Origin: an uncultured bacterium
GTDB taxonomy: Bacteria > B130-G9
Direction of reading: 5' to 3'
Assembly (NCBI GenBank): GCA_965372715.1
Contig: CBDVDH010000001.1
Coordinates: 62,001 to 126,000, forward strand
DNA length: 64,000 nt
A model generated the notes under the pieces. That model was not told the origin of the DNA, did no database searches, and was given only the letters and a program-made list of their open reading frames with translations. Positions 57,031 through 64,000 of the stretch are shown here, in pieces. Both the position numbers and the translations under genes were made by a program. Every line of letters begins with the position of its first letter. Position 1 is the stretch's first letter.

Positions 57031-58818
57031 TTCTGGAAGCCGGAGGAAGGCCTGCACAATGTCAAGCATCTCATGTCTTTCCGCCCCGTTGTCCATGTAT
57101 TTGTCCCGTTCAAGAAGCTGATCCGCGGTCATTAGGCCGATCGCGTTAATCACTTCCTTGTTGAACTTCTTGAGATCTGTGAAATCGCCGCAATCGGGGG
57201 AGGGATCTCGGCAGACTCGCTTCACGGCGTCCGGATGCAAGTAATTCTCGATCTCCCTTTTCTTTGTTATGAAGAAAACCCCACCCTCAGCTTTGCAGCT
57301 GGCCTCCCAGTTGCGTTTTTTCTGGTCAATGGGCTGGTCTGGGCTTTCTTTGTCGCTGTCGATTAAGACTCCGTACCGCACACTGAGGTTACGGAGTGCT
57401 TTACGCGCAACCCAATGCTGCAGAGAATCCTTTCCACCGAGCGGGATCAGGCCAATTCTTGCCTCATCCAATGTTCTATCTATTCGTCCGGCGTTCTTTA
57501 AGAGCTTGGAGGCCCGGGTAAGAAACTTAACGTCACCCTCGCCCTCGACGAACACGCACGCTCTATAGCCGATTATCCGGTCGCACGGCTCGACACCCAG
57601 CTCGCGAGCTAGCTCTACGAGATCAAGGGCGGTGCCCTGCAAGATTTCGCCGACTCCATCTTGTCTGCGTACCAAGACCAGGTTTTGCTGGTCCGTGGAG
57701 CCCGCAAATACCGGCGAGTGAGACGAGATGAGGACTTGGCCCTCGCGGGCGATTTCGGCAAAGGAACTCAGCAGCACGCGCTGGGCGCCTGGGTGTAGAT
57801 AAGTCTCTGGTTCCTCTACAGCGAAGATCCGGCCGTGGATTTCAAGGCCCTCGCTTCTTCGCTGAGCAAGATACTGAAAATACGCAACCATGAGGAGCCG
57901 TCGTAGTCCGGATCCCCTTTTGCCGAAAGCAATTGCCTGACCTTGTGCGTCGGTGCATTCAATGCGGAACTTCACGAGATCTTTCCAGCTAAATGAGGGG
58001 TCTGGCCTCATGGAGGCCACCTCATCCGTATGCTCCTTGAGAAGAGAGTGAATCTTCTGGACCTCGTTGTCTATCCGCTCGGTAAGGCCGCGCTCGATCA
58101 AGTCCCTCCCCTCAATGTCGTGCACAGCCGTTTCGACGACTTCTTTGAACTTGCTCTGGAATGTCGTCTCCTCCTCACTCAGCCGGTAATCAGCAGGGAA
58201 TAGTGTGAACTGCGGCAGGTAGGGGCCGATCCTGTTGAGAACTCTTTCCACCTTCTCAAGCTGCCTGCGGGATTTCTGAATTCCTCGTTTGTTTGCCACC
58301 TCGCGCAGGACCTCTCGTTTGTCCTTGTTGGTGATGGCTCTCCCAGACTTCTTGAAATCGAGATGGTATGTCTGGCCGCGCTTGTTCAACTCGGGCTCCT
58401 TCAGGGAGCAGAGGTTGGAGAATTGATCATCCTCGAAGTCCTGAGCGATGATGGACTCCGCCGGTTTCTTCGTCTTCTTGCTTAGGCTATCCGGGGTGAA
58501 GGTCTTCCTTATCGTGAGTAGTCCCTCTTCGTCTAGCAGGTTTTCTGAGGAGAGTGTCGTTGGCACCCCATCCTCGAGTTCCAGTGCCTCCGGAAGGTCA
58601 GAAAAAGACACCTCAATCGACAATGCACATCCTTGGCCGGCTCCCTTTGTTAGATCCTCCTGGTCCGGAGAGCCATTGAAGAAAATCTCCAGAGCATGAA
58701 GGATGCTGGACTTGCCCGAGTCGTTCTTGCCAACCAGTGTGGTAATATCCCCTACCCTTATCTCCGTTCTCTCTGCAAAGCACCTAAACCCCTCCAACGC
58801 GATCTTGGCGATTCTCAT
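57019..58818 (-). CDS. OLD-family ATP-dependent nuclease (ABC ATPase + TOPRIM)
   Basis: GKNDSGKS, RGSG, VEEPETYLHP, SSHSP, FVEGEGD, DSD, KREIENY. Confidence 0.88.
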   Translation of the reverse strand: MRIAKIALEGFRCFAERTEIRVGDITTLVGKNDSGKSSILHALEIFFNGSPDQEDLTKGAGQGCALSIEVSFSDLPEALELEDGVPTTLSSENLLDEEGLLTIRKTFTPDSLSKKTKKPAESIIAQDFEDDQFSNLCSLKEPELNKRGQTYHLDFKKSGRAITNKDKREVLREVANKRGIQKSRRQLEKVERVLNRIGPYLPQFTLFPADYRLSEEETTFQSKFKEVVETAVHDIEGRDLIERGLTERIDNEVQKIHSLLKEHTDEVASMRPDPSFSWKDLVKFRIECTDAQGQAIAFGKRGSGLRRLLMVAYFQYLAQRRSEGLEIHGRIFAVEEPETYLHPGAQRVLLSSFAEIAREGQVLISSHSPVFAGSTDQQNLVLVRRQDGVGEILQGTALDLVELARELGVEPCDRIIGYRACVFVEGEGDVKFLTRASKLLKNAGRIDRTLDEARIGLIPLGGKDSLQHWVARKALRNLSVRYGVLIDSDKESPDQPIDQKKRNWEASCKAEGGVFFITKKREIENYLHPDAVKRVCRDPSPDCGDFTDLKKFNKEVINAIGLMTADQLLERDKYMDNGAERHEMLDIVQAFLRLPEQGG

Positions 58819-59165
58819 ACTGTCACCTCCCAAAGCTTCGTCGTATCGTTGCCGAATATGTCAACCACCTTGACCAGAATCTTGTACCAGCCAGGCTCTT
58901 CGTAAGTATGCGACGCGCTTGTCTGAAGCTTCGGCTGTTTGCGCGTCCTGAAGGACTGCCAGCCGTTGCGGAAACGCCCTTGTTTTTTGTCGTCGCGGGC
59001 GCTGTGCGTGAAGAGCTCTCGCTGCGCCTTCTCGCGGTCGGCCTTCGATTCGTTGACGCTCTCGACGACCTGAAAGGGCAGTATCGTCCTGTCAACCTTC
59101 CTGAGCTCGCCGTTCTCGTCATACTTGCCCTTCCAGACAAGCTCCGTCCTCTCAACGCCTTTCAT
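58815..59165 (-). pseudogene. Internally deleted site-specific (type III Mod-like) DNA methyltransferase
   Basis: N-terminus TELVWKGKYD...LPFQVVESVN joined to C-terminus F.N.WQSFRTRK...G.YKILVKVVDIFGNDT; no DPPF/DPPY or F.G.G motifs. Confidence 0.78.
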
Positions 59166-59216
59166 TGCTCGCGATCCTCCAATCTCCAGTCTCCAGACCG
59201 TAGTCTTCAGCCTCCA

Positions 59217-59341
59217 GCAAGTGCAGAGCATTGGAACACAGGTTTGGCGATGGATCAAGGCTTGTCGGCGTCTCGGAGTGTGCCTGAGGGAAGGTCATTC
59301 GCCGTCCCTACAAGAGCAGACGCGGGGGTCTGCCCCTACAA
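59217..59341. repeat. Promoter plus double-REP segment, copy 1
   Basis: Imperfect direct repeat of 59954-60067 (GCATTGGAACACAG...ATCAAGGCTTGTCGGCGT...CCCTACAAG.GCAGAC.CGGGGGTCTGCCCCTACAA). Confidence 0.85.
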
Positions 59342-59435
59342 TATCACAGTTCGGCCTCCACAAGTGAGGGACATCTGCTAATGTGCATATCGTTAGTGTC
59401 AGGCCGGACCTTGGCTTTAGCCGTGGCATGTCCCC

Positions 59436-59666
59436 TCACAATAGATCGCGAAACTCTTCAGCATTCAGCCCCATATCCTCCAAGATGCCTGCCAAGGTCT
59501 TGCGCTTGATGGTCTTTCCTACAAGCATGGGCACCACTATCCTGGCCCGGTCTCTCTCCCGGTAGTAAACGGCGTGGCTTCCTTTCTGACGGTCAAAGAC
59601 GAATCCCACCTTTAAGGCTGCCCTGACCACTTCCCTGCCTGTCACGATAGGGAGCTTAGGACTCAA
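59436..59666 (-). CDS. hicA: HicA family toxin
   Basis: LP..TGREVV, GF..DRQKGSH, 'I...TL..IL...GL..EEF'. Confidence 0.9.
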   Translation of the reverse strand: MSPKLPIVTGREVVRAALKVGFVFDRQKGSHAVYYRERDRARIVVPMLVGKTIKRKTLAGILEDMGLNAEEFRDLL

Positions 59667-59890
59667 AGGGCGACCTCTACTGGCTTGATGAAGATGTCCT
59701 CCACTGGCAGGGACTCGCCACGTGCGCGAAGACTCTCCAGGTACGCCTCAATCGCCTCCCTGACATTGGCGAGGGCCTCGTCCAGTGTGTCGCCCTGCGT
59801 GTGGCAACCTTTCAGGGTAGGGCAGAACGCGTGGTAGCCGCCCTCCTGTTCCCGCTCCAAAATAACCGTAAAATGATGCGTCTCCATCAT
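59663..59890 (-). CDS. hicB: HicB family antitoxin (short form)
   Basis: GGYHAFCP.L.GCHTQGDT.DEAL.NVREAI. Confidence 0.9.
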   Translation of the reverse strand: MMETHHFTVILEREQEGGYHAFCPTLKGCHTQGDTLDEALANVREAIEAYLESLRARGESLPVEDIFIKPVEVAL

Positions 59891-59953
59891 CTCCCTATCT
59901 CCTTAATCCGCAATCGGTCATCCTTCATCCTTCATCTTTCCGCCTTCATCCTT

Positions 59954-60067
59954 GCAGGTGCGAGGCATTGGAACACAGATTTGCGGCTGAATCAAGGCTT
60001 GTCGGCGTGTGCAGGGCGGGGCAAGCGCCGCCCCTACAAGGGCAGACACGGGGGTCTGCCCCTACAA
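59954..60067. repeat. Promoter plus double-REP segment, copy 2
   Basis: See copy 1; the minus strand reads TTGATT-17 bp-TCCAAT upstream of hicB. Confidence 0.85.
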
Positions 60068-60196
60068 CTTCGTCTTTGGCCCGTAGGGGAATCTGGCGTT
60101 AAGCGTCAACTGCTTATGAAAGCGGGGACCCGGTGTGGCGGGTCCCGGCTTGTGTCGAGAAACAGAGCGATAACGCAAAACGGAATCGAGGGCGAG

Positions 60197-61609
60197 GTGA
60201 GTCAGGTGGCGCAATCAGAGCTTGGGGTGCTTCAGAATGGGGGCGAATCGGGCGGGCGAGGGTCGAGCGGGACGGTTGTTTCGGGGGCGAGGCTGTCCAA
60301 CTTGACGGAGGTCGCAAGCTTCAGGCGCTGGTATAACAACCGGGACGTTCGCATTCCGCTCTACGAGAGCATGACGGCGGCTCAGCTGTCGCTCAGGCTT
60401 CCTATCTCAATCGGTATTCCCAGGCAGATAATTGACAACTCAGCTGATGCGTTGTTCGGCGACGGTCGTTTCACAGGTGTTCGAATGGTTGGCCCCGACG
60501 ACGCGGAGAGCGCCCGGCTTCAGGCGCTGTGGGATAGGGTGTTCAGCGACAATTCCATGCGACAGCGGCTCCTGACCGACGCCATCGACACTAGCATCTG
60601 CGGCGGGATATTCTACTCCATCAGTTACTGCCCGGCAGGCCCAAGCGTGTTCAAGGTGCAGTCCATTAGCTACGATCAGCTGTGGGACGTCGAGTTGGAC
60701 GAGCTCGATACCGAGAAAGTGGTGGCCTACATCTTTCAGTGGGAGCAGCTCGAACGAGACTCGGGGGACGACCAGACGAGGCGCTGGTATCGCGTCGAGA
60801 TAGACGCGGATAGGATCGTGAGGATGCGCGCCGCTCGTCCACACACAGCAGGCAACGACGGCGAGGGGGTCGAGTTCGAGGTGACGAGCGTCTCGGAGCA
60901 CAATCTCGGAATAATCCCGGTCGCACACGTCGCCAACTCCATCCAGCGGATGCGGACGGTCGGCGATTCGGACATCGCTCCTCTCGTCCCAATGCTTGAC
61001 GCGCTCAATCAAATGATGTCGGACGCCTATTGGCAGTGCTACAACGACCAGTCGATACTCAAGGCGATCAACATCGCGGCGCCGGACACTGATGACCTGG
61101 AAGAATCGGCCATTCGCCTCGGGGGAGACCAAATCCATTTCCTGACCCAGAACGAGCAGCTGAACCAGGACATCGTGCGGATGAAGCCAGTCGGCATTCC
61201 CGAGAGCTTTTTCAGGACGATTGATCTCCTCGTGGGCCAGATTTACAGGACTGCGGGTGAGTCTCATCTTGACCCGCTCAAGTGGACGGGGACCAACATC
61301 TCAGGCGTCGCGCTTCGGTTGCTTTATGAGCCGCTGGCCAAGAAAACGTATCGAAAGCGTATTTACTGGGCGTCGGGACTCGAGCGGCTCGCCAAGATCA
61401 TATTCGCCTACGCTAACTCCAAATCGGTCGTGTTGTCGGAGTCTGGCGGCTTCGTGCTTGGTGGCCCCCAATACCAACTGGACGATATTGAAGTCCTCTG
61501 GGGTTCCCTGATGCCTGGCGATGAGGTCGAAGAGCAAAAGCTGGTTCTGGACGACCTTTCGGCCGGCCTGATCGGTGTGGATGAGGCCAGGCGCAACCGG
61601 GGACTATAG
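60197..61609 (+). CDS. Phage portal protein, SPP1 gp6-like
   Basis: IID....LFG, HNLG.IPV....N, GDSDI...DALN..MSD, N.SGVALR.LY.PL..K, I.V.W...MP.DE.E. Start GTG 60197 is an estimate. Confidence 0.88.
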   Translation: MSQVAQSELGVLQNGGESGGRGSSGTVVSGARLSNLTEVASFRRWYNNRDVRIPLYESMTAAQLSLRLPISIGIPRQIIDNSADALFGDGRFTGVRMVGPDDAESARLQALWDRVFSDNSMRQRLLTDAIDTSICGGIFYSISYCPAGPSVFKVQSISYDQLWDVELDELDTEKVVAYIFQWEQLERDSGDDQTRRWYRVEIDADRIVRMRAARPHTAGNDGEGVEFEVTSVSEHNLGIIPVAHVANSIQRMRTVGDSDIAPLVPMLDALNQMMSDAYWQCYNDQSILKAINIAAPDTDDLEESAIRLGGDQIHFLTQNEQLNQDIVRMKPVGIPESFFRTIDLLVGQIYRTAGESHLDPLKWTGTNISGVALRLLYEPLAKKTYRKRIYWASGLERLAKIIFAYANSKSVVLSESGGFVLGGPQYQLDDIEVLWGSLMPGDEVEEQKLVLDDLSAGLIGVDEARRNRGL

Positions 61610-61656
61610 AAGTCGTTCGAAGTTCAAGGTTGAAAGTTCAAGGTTGAGGGTCGGCT

Positions 61657-61680
61657 GTAGGGGCGATTCACGAATCGCCC
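61657..61680 (+). repeat. GTAG-family REP between portal and scaffold genes
   Basis: GTAGGGGCGATTCACGAATCGCCC, preceded by AAGTTCAAGGTTG 7/14-mer repeats. Confidence 0.8.
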
Positions 61681-61738
61681 TTAGATTGAAAGGGGCGGAT
61701 AGACGCCTGGAACGCATTGAAAAACAAGGGAGGTTTGG

Positions 61739-62236
61739 ATGGCAGATCAGGAAACAGTCGAGGAGAGAGTGGAAGCAGGCGCTGAGGTTGAGGCGGCTGC
61801 CGAGGAATCTGAGCTGAATAGGGAAGAGGTTGAGCCCGGCCCTTCCGACGATAGGGCGGAGCTTCTGCGGCGAGCGGTGTTCGCTGAGGAGGCGCTGGAG
61901 CTCTCGCGTTATATTGGGGACAGGAACCTCTTGCAGCGGCTTCGTAGTGTGATTGCTGGCCAGACGGAGGTTGAGCTCAAGCAGAAGCTTTCAGTCTTGA
62001 AGGATGTTCTGGCGCATATCAAGGAATCTCAGGGCGGCGACCGGCCCACCCAGGAGAGTTTCAAAGAGATGGTCGCAAGCGAGGTTCAGCGGAATCTCGA
62101 TCAACTCAATAATGCCGCGGAGACGGTCGATGCGGCGGTCGGCCAGATGCCAGGCGGCAGCAGCCTGGCCGTGAAGGATAGCGCCGCATCGCGGCTGAGG
62201 CGCCTGGCTAGGGTGAGAGGCATCCTCATCAAGTAG
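61739..62236 (+). CDS. Putative capsid scaffolding protein
   Basis: Acidic N-terminus, coiled-coil character, basic C-terminal helix; lies between portal and capsid; GGAGG RBS. Confidence 0.6.
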   Translation: MADQETVEERVEAGAEVEAAAEESELNREEVEPGPSDDRAELLRRAVFAEEALELSRYIGDRNLLQRLRSVIAGQTEVELKQKLSVLKDVLAHIKESQGGDRPTQESFKEMVASEVQRNLDQLNNAAETVDAAVGQMPGGSSLAVKDSAASRLRRLARVRGILIK

Positions 62237-62309
62237 TTCCAAGTTTCGAGTTTGAAGTTCCAAGTTTCAGGTTCAAGGCATGAAAGCAATATAGGAGGAG
62301 GAAGAGAAG

Positions 62310-62732
62310 ATGGCGTGGAAGAACAAGGACGCTCGGGGCAGCTGGGAGGCGGTAGCGAGCGTTGACGTTGAAGAGAATGAACTGATGCACATCACCACTG
62401 ACGGCAAGACTGTGCTTGCCGACGCCTCAAGCGCCGTTGCGCGGGAGGCGCACGGTTTCGCTGCGCTTCGTGGTTACGAGGCTAGCGAGCGCGCGACGCT
62501 CGTGCGCAGTGGGAAGATAGCGGGGATAACCGACGACGCTGGCGACCCGTTGACGACCGGGTCGATCTATTATCTGAGCGAGACGCCCGGCAAGATCACG
62601 GCCACCAAGCCGACCGCGGACGGCGACGTGATTCAGGTTGTAGGCGTTGCTGCGGGACCCAACGAGCTCAATATCTCGATTGGGCCGGCGTTTGTGGTCG
62701 CAAGTTCAGGAACCTTTCTACGGGCTCTCTAA
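62310..62732 (+). CDS. Putative capsid decoration/cement protein (DUF2190-like)
   Basis: 'ADAS......GFA', 'LTTG.IYYLS.TPG.IT.T.P', 'QVVGVA'; immediately before the capsid gene. Confidence 0.65.
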   Translation: MAWKNKDARGSWEAVASVDVEENELMHITTDGKTVLADASSAVAREAHGFAALRGYEASERATLVRSGKIAGITDDAGDPLTTGSIYYLSETPGKITATKPTADGDVIQVVGVAAGPNELNISIGPAFVVASSGTFLRAL

Positions 62733-62794
62733 TCGACGCCCGTAGTAACCCACTGAACGACACCAGGTAACACAAAGCATGGAAGGGGAATACA

Positions 62795-63856
62795 TTGGCT
62801 ACATTTGACAGCTATCAGTATCGTGGCGGCGTCTATGTGGGCGGCGTTTACGGGACTGACACGGATATTGACTGGCGGCAGGTCCTCAAGGACGTTCAGG
62901 GCCTTGCGAAGGCCTATAACGACCGAGATGTCTCGGGTCTTGCGGACCGCTTGACTCACAAGACGACGAGCGAGGCAGTCAAGCAAGAGATAAACCGCCT
63001 GGTCGCAAAGGAGGTCGCCGAGGGGCGCGAGCCGGATGTCGAGTCCACGAGCGTCTATGAGTTTGCCCTACCGATCAAGGAGTTTGAGGTAGGGTTCTCG
63101 ATGACGAGAACCGCCCAGAAGAGGATCGATCCGAGAAGGATAGAGAACCTCTTCGCCAGCGTGATTCAGGCGCATCTTCAGCAGCGGCTCAAGAACGCAC
63201 TGACGCCCGTTTTCTCCACCAACCCGGCGGGCAGTGAGTGGGGAGGGACGTGGCAGGTGAACACCGACTGCCCTGATTTCCAGGCGAACTCGTTCTTTGG
63301 CACGCCGCACACTCACATTTTTGCCAGGACCGCGACCAGCCTGACGTTCGATCATCTGCGGATGCTGGCCGAGGAGATACAGCATCATGGTTTCGGCGCA
63401 CCGGGCGTCTATGGTGAGAAGACCCTGCTGCTTCTGTTGAACGTAGCTCAGGCAAATGACTTAATCCAGCTCGCAGACTGGACAACATACTCAGGACTGC
63501 CTGACTCTGTCGTTGAACGACTCGCGCTCGACGGGATCAACGTCAATCAGGGCATAGGTGGGTTCATCGTCAACGTCAACAACATGATTCCGGAGAACTA
63601 CGCGGTTGCCATCGCTCTCGACACGCCGTATCCGGCGGTCACGACACGCGTTGAGCGGCAGCGTCAGTATCAGGGGCTCGTGATTGAGACGCCATTTGAG
63701 GGCTCGCAGTATCCGTTCCGCGATTCTGTGTTCACGTTTTCGGAGGGCTGCACATTGACGCAGCCGAGCGCGGTTGCGGTTCTCATGCTTGGCGCCGATG
63801 ACAACAGCACGGACGAGGACATCAGCGATTATGTAGTGCCCGAGTTCTACGCGTAG
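62795..63856 (+). CDS. Putative HK97-fold major capsid protein
   Basis: 353 aa; 'EVAEG.E........LPIKEFEVGFSMTR' E-loop-like segment, 'HHGFG....LLLLN', 'T.PSAVAVL'; position in head module. Confidence 0.72.
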   Translation: MATFDSYQYRGGVYVGGVYGTDTDIDWRQVLKDVQGLAKAYNDRDVSGLADRLTHKTTSEAVKQEINRLVAKEVAEGREPDVESTSVYEFALPIKEFEVGFSMTRTAQKRIDPRRIENLFASVIQAHLQQRLKNALTPVFSTNPAGSEWGGTWQVNTDCPDFQANSFFGTPHTHIFARTATSLTFDHLRMLAEEIQHHGFGAPGVYGEKTLLLLLNVAQANDLIQLADWTTYSGLPDSVVERLALDGINVNQGIGGFIVNVNNMIPENYAVAIALDTPYPAVTTRVERQRQYQGLVIETPFEGSQYPFRDSVFTFSEGCTLTQPSAVAVLMLGADDNSTDEDISDYVVPEFYA

Positions 63857-63870
63857 AAAGGGGAATTGAC

Positions 63871-64000
63871 GTGAACGCTTCAGACTTCGAGGTAAGGCTC
63901 CGGGCAGTGCTTTCGGACCTTTCGGAACAGCTTACGGACGGGCAATTCGAGCAGGCGATCGCTTCTGCGACCGATATAACAGGGATTTCACTGCCGACAA
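63871..64000 (+). CDS. Partial ORF, probable head-tail connector (runs off the window)
   Basis: GTG after AAAGGGG RBS; MNASDFEVRLRAVLSDLSEQLTDGQFEQAI resembles gp15/gp6-like N-termini. Confidence 0.5.
   Translation, partial: MNASDFEVRLRAVLSDLSEQLTDGQFEQAIASATDITGISLPT

Noticed and set aside
59405-59430. IS200/IS605-like end hairpin (CTTGGCTTTAGCCGTGG)
   Set aside because: Single imperfect palindrome with no tnpA/tnpB; too weak to call.
54178-60067. Classical integron
   Set aside because: No tyrosine recombinase, and I could not identify attC-type RYYYAAC...GTTRRRY palindromes.
59801-60196. N-terminal 132 codons of the 602-aa portal ORF
   Set aside because: Overlaps hicB on the opposite strand and runs through promoter/REP repeats; portal-like sequence starts later.
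62795-63856. Encapsulin shell protein
   Set aside because: Adjacent portal, scaffold and connector genes indicate a virion head.

Overview
A GC-rich bacterial chromosome segment from a diderm (LptF/LptG, O-antigen ligase) with ftsH-folP-cdaA synteny; the lineage cannot be fixed from sequence alone. About 1-54 kb is mostly housekeeping and envelope genes: malic enzyme, hemW, queC-DUF366-queE, glycosyltransferases, ftsH, folP, cdaA, two-subunit fumarase, pyrE, yggS, tRNA-Leu(TAA), fused lptFG, nadE, a macrodomain protein, GH57 and a flippase. Four large secreted proteins in this part appear to share an uncharacterised ~110-120 aa beta-rich domain. From 54.2 to 60.1 kb is a minus-strand stack of toxin-antitoxin and defence cassettes (Fic, DUF4258/DUF2283, MNT-HEPN, OLD nuclease, an internally deleted DNA methyltransferase, HicBA), delimited by three different sets of imperfect direct repeats with no integrase. 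From 60.2 kb to the window end is a phage head module (SPP1-like portal, scaffold, decoration protein, HK97-like capsid, head-tail connector). It starts abruptly at the portal with no terminase, integrase or replication genes upstream and has host-type repeats in its spacers, making it a candidate domesticated, gene-transfer-agent-like system. All calls are from motif recognition by eye; no database searches were run.
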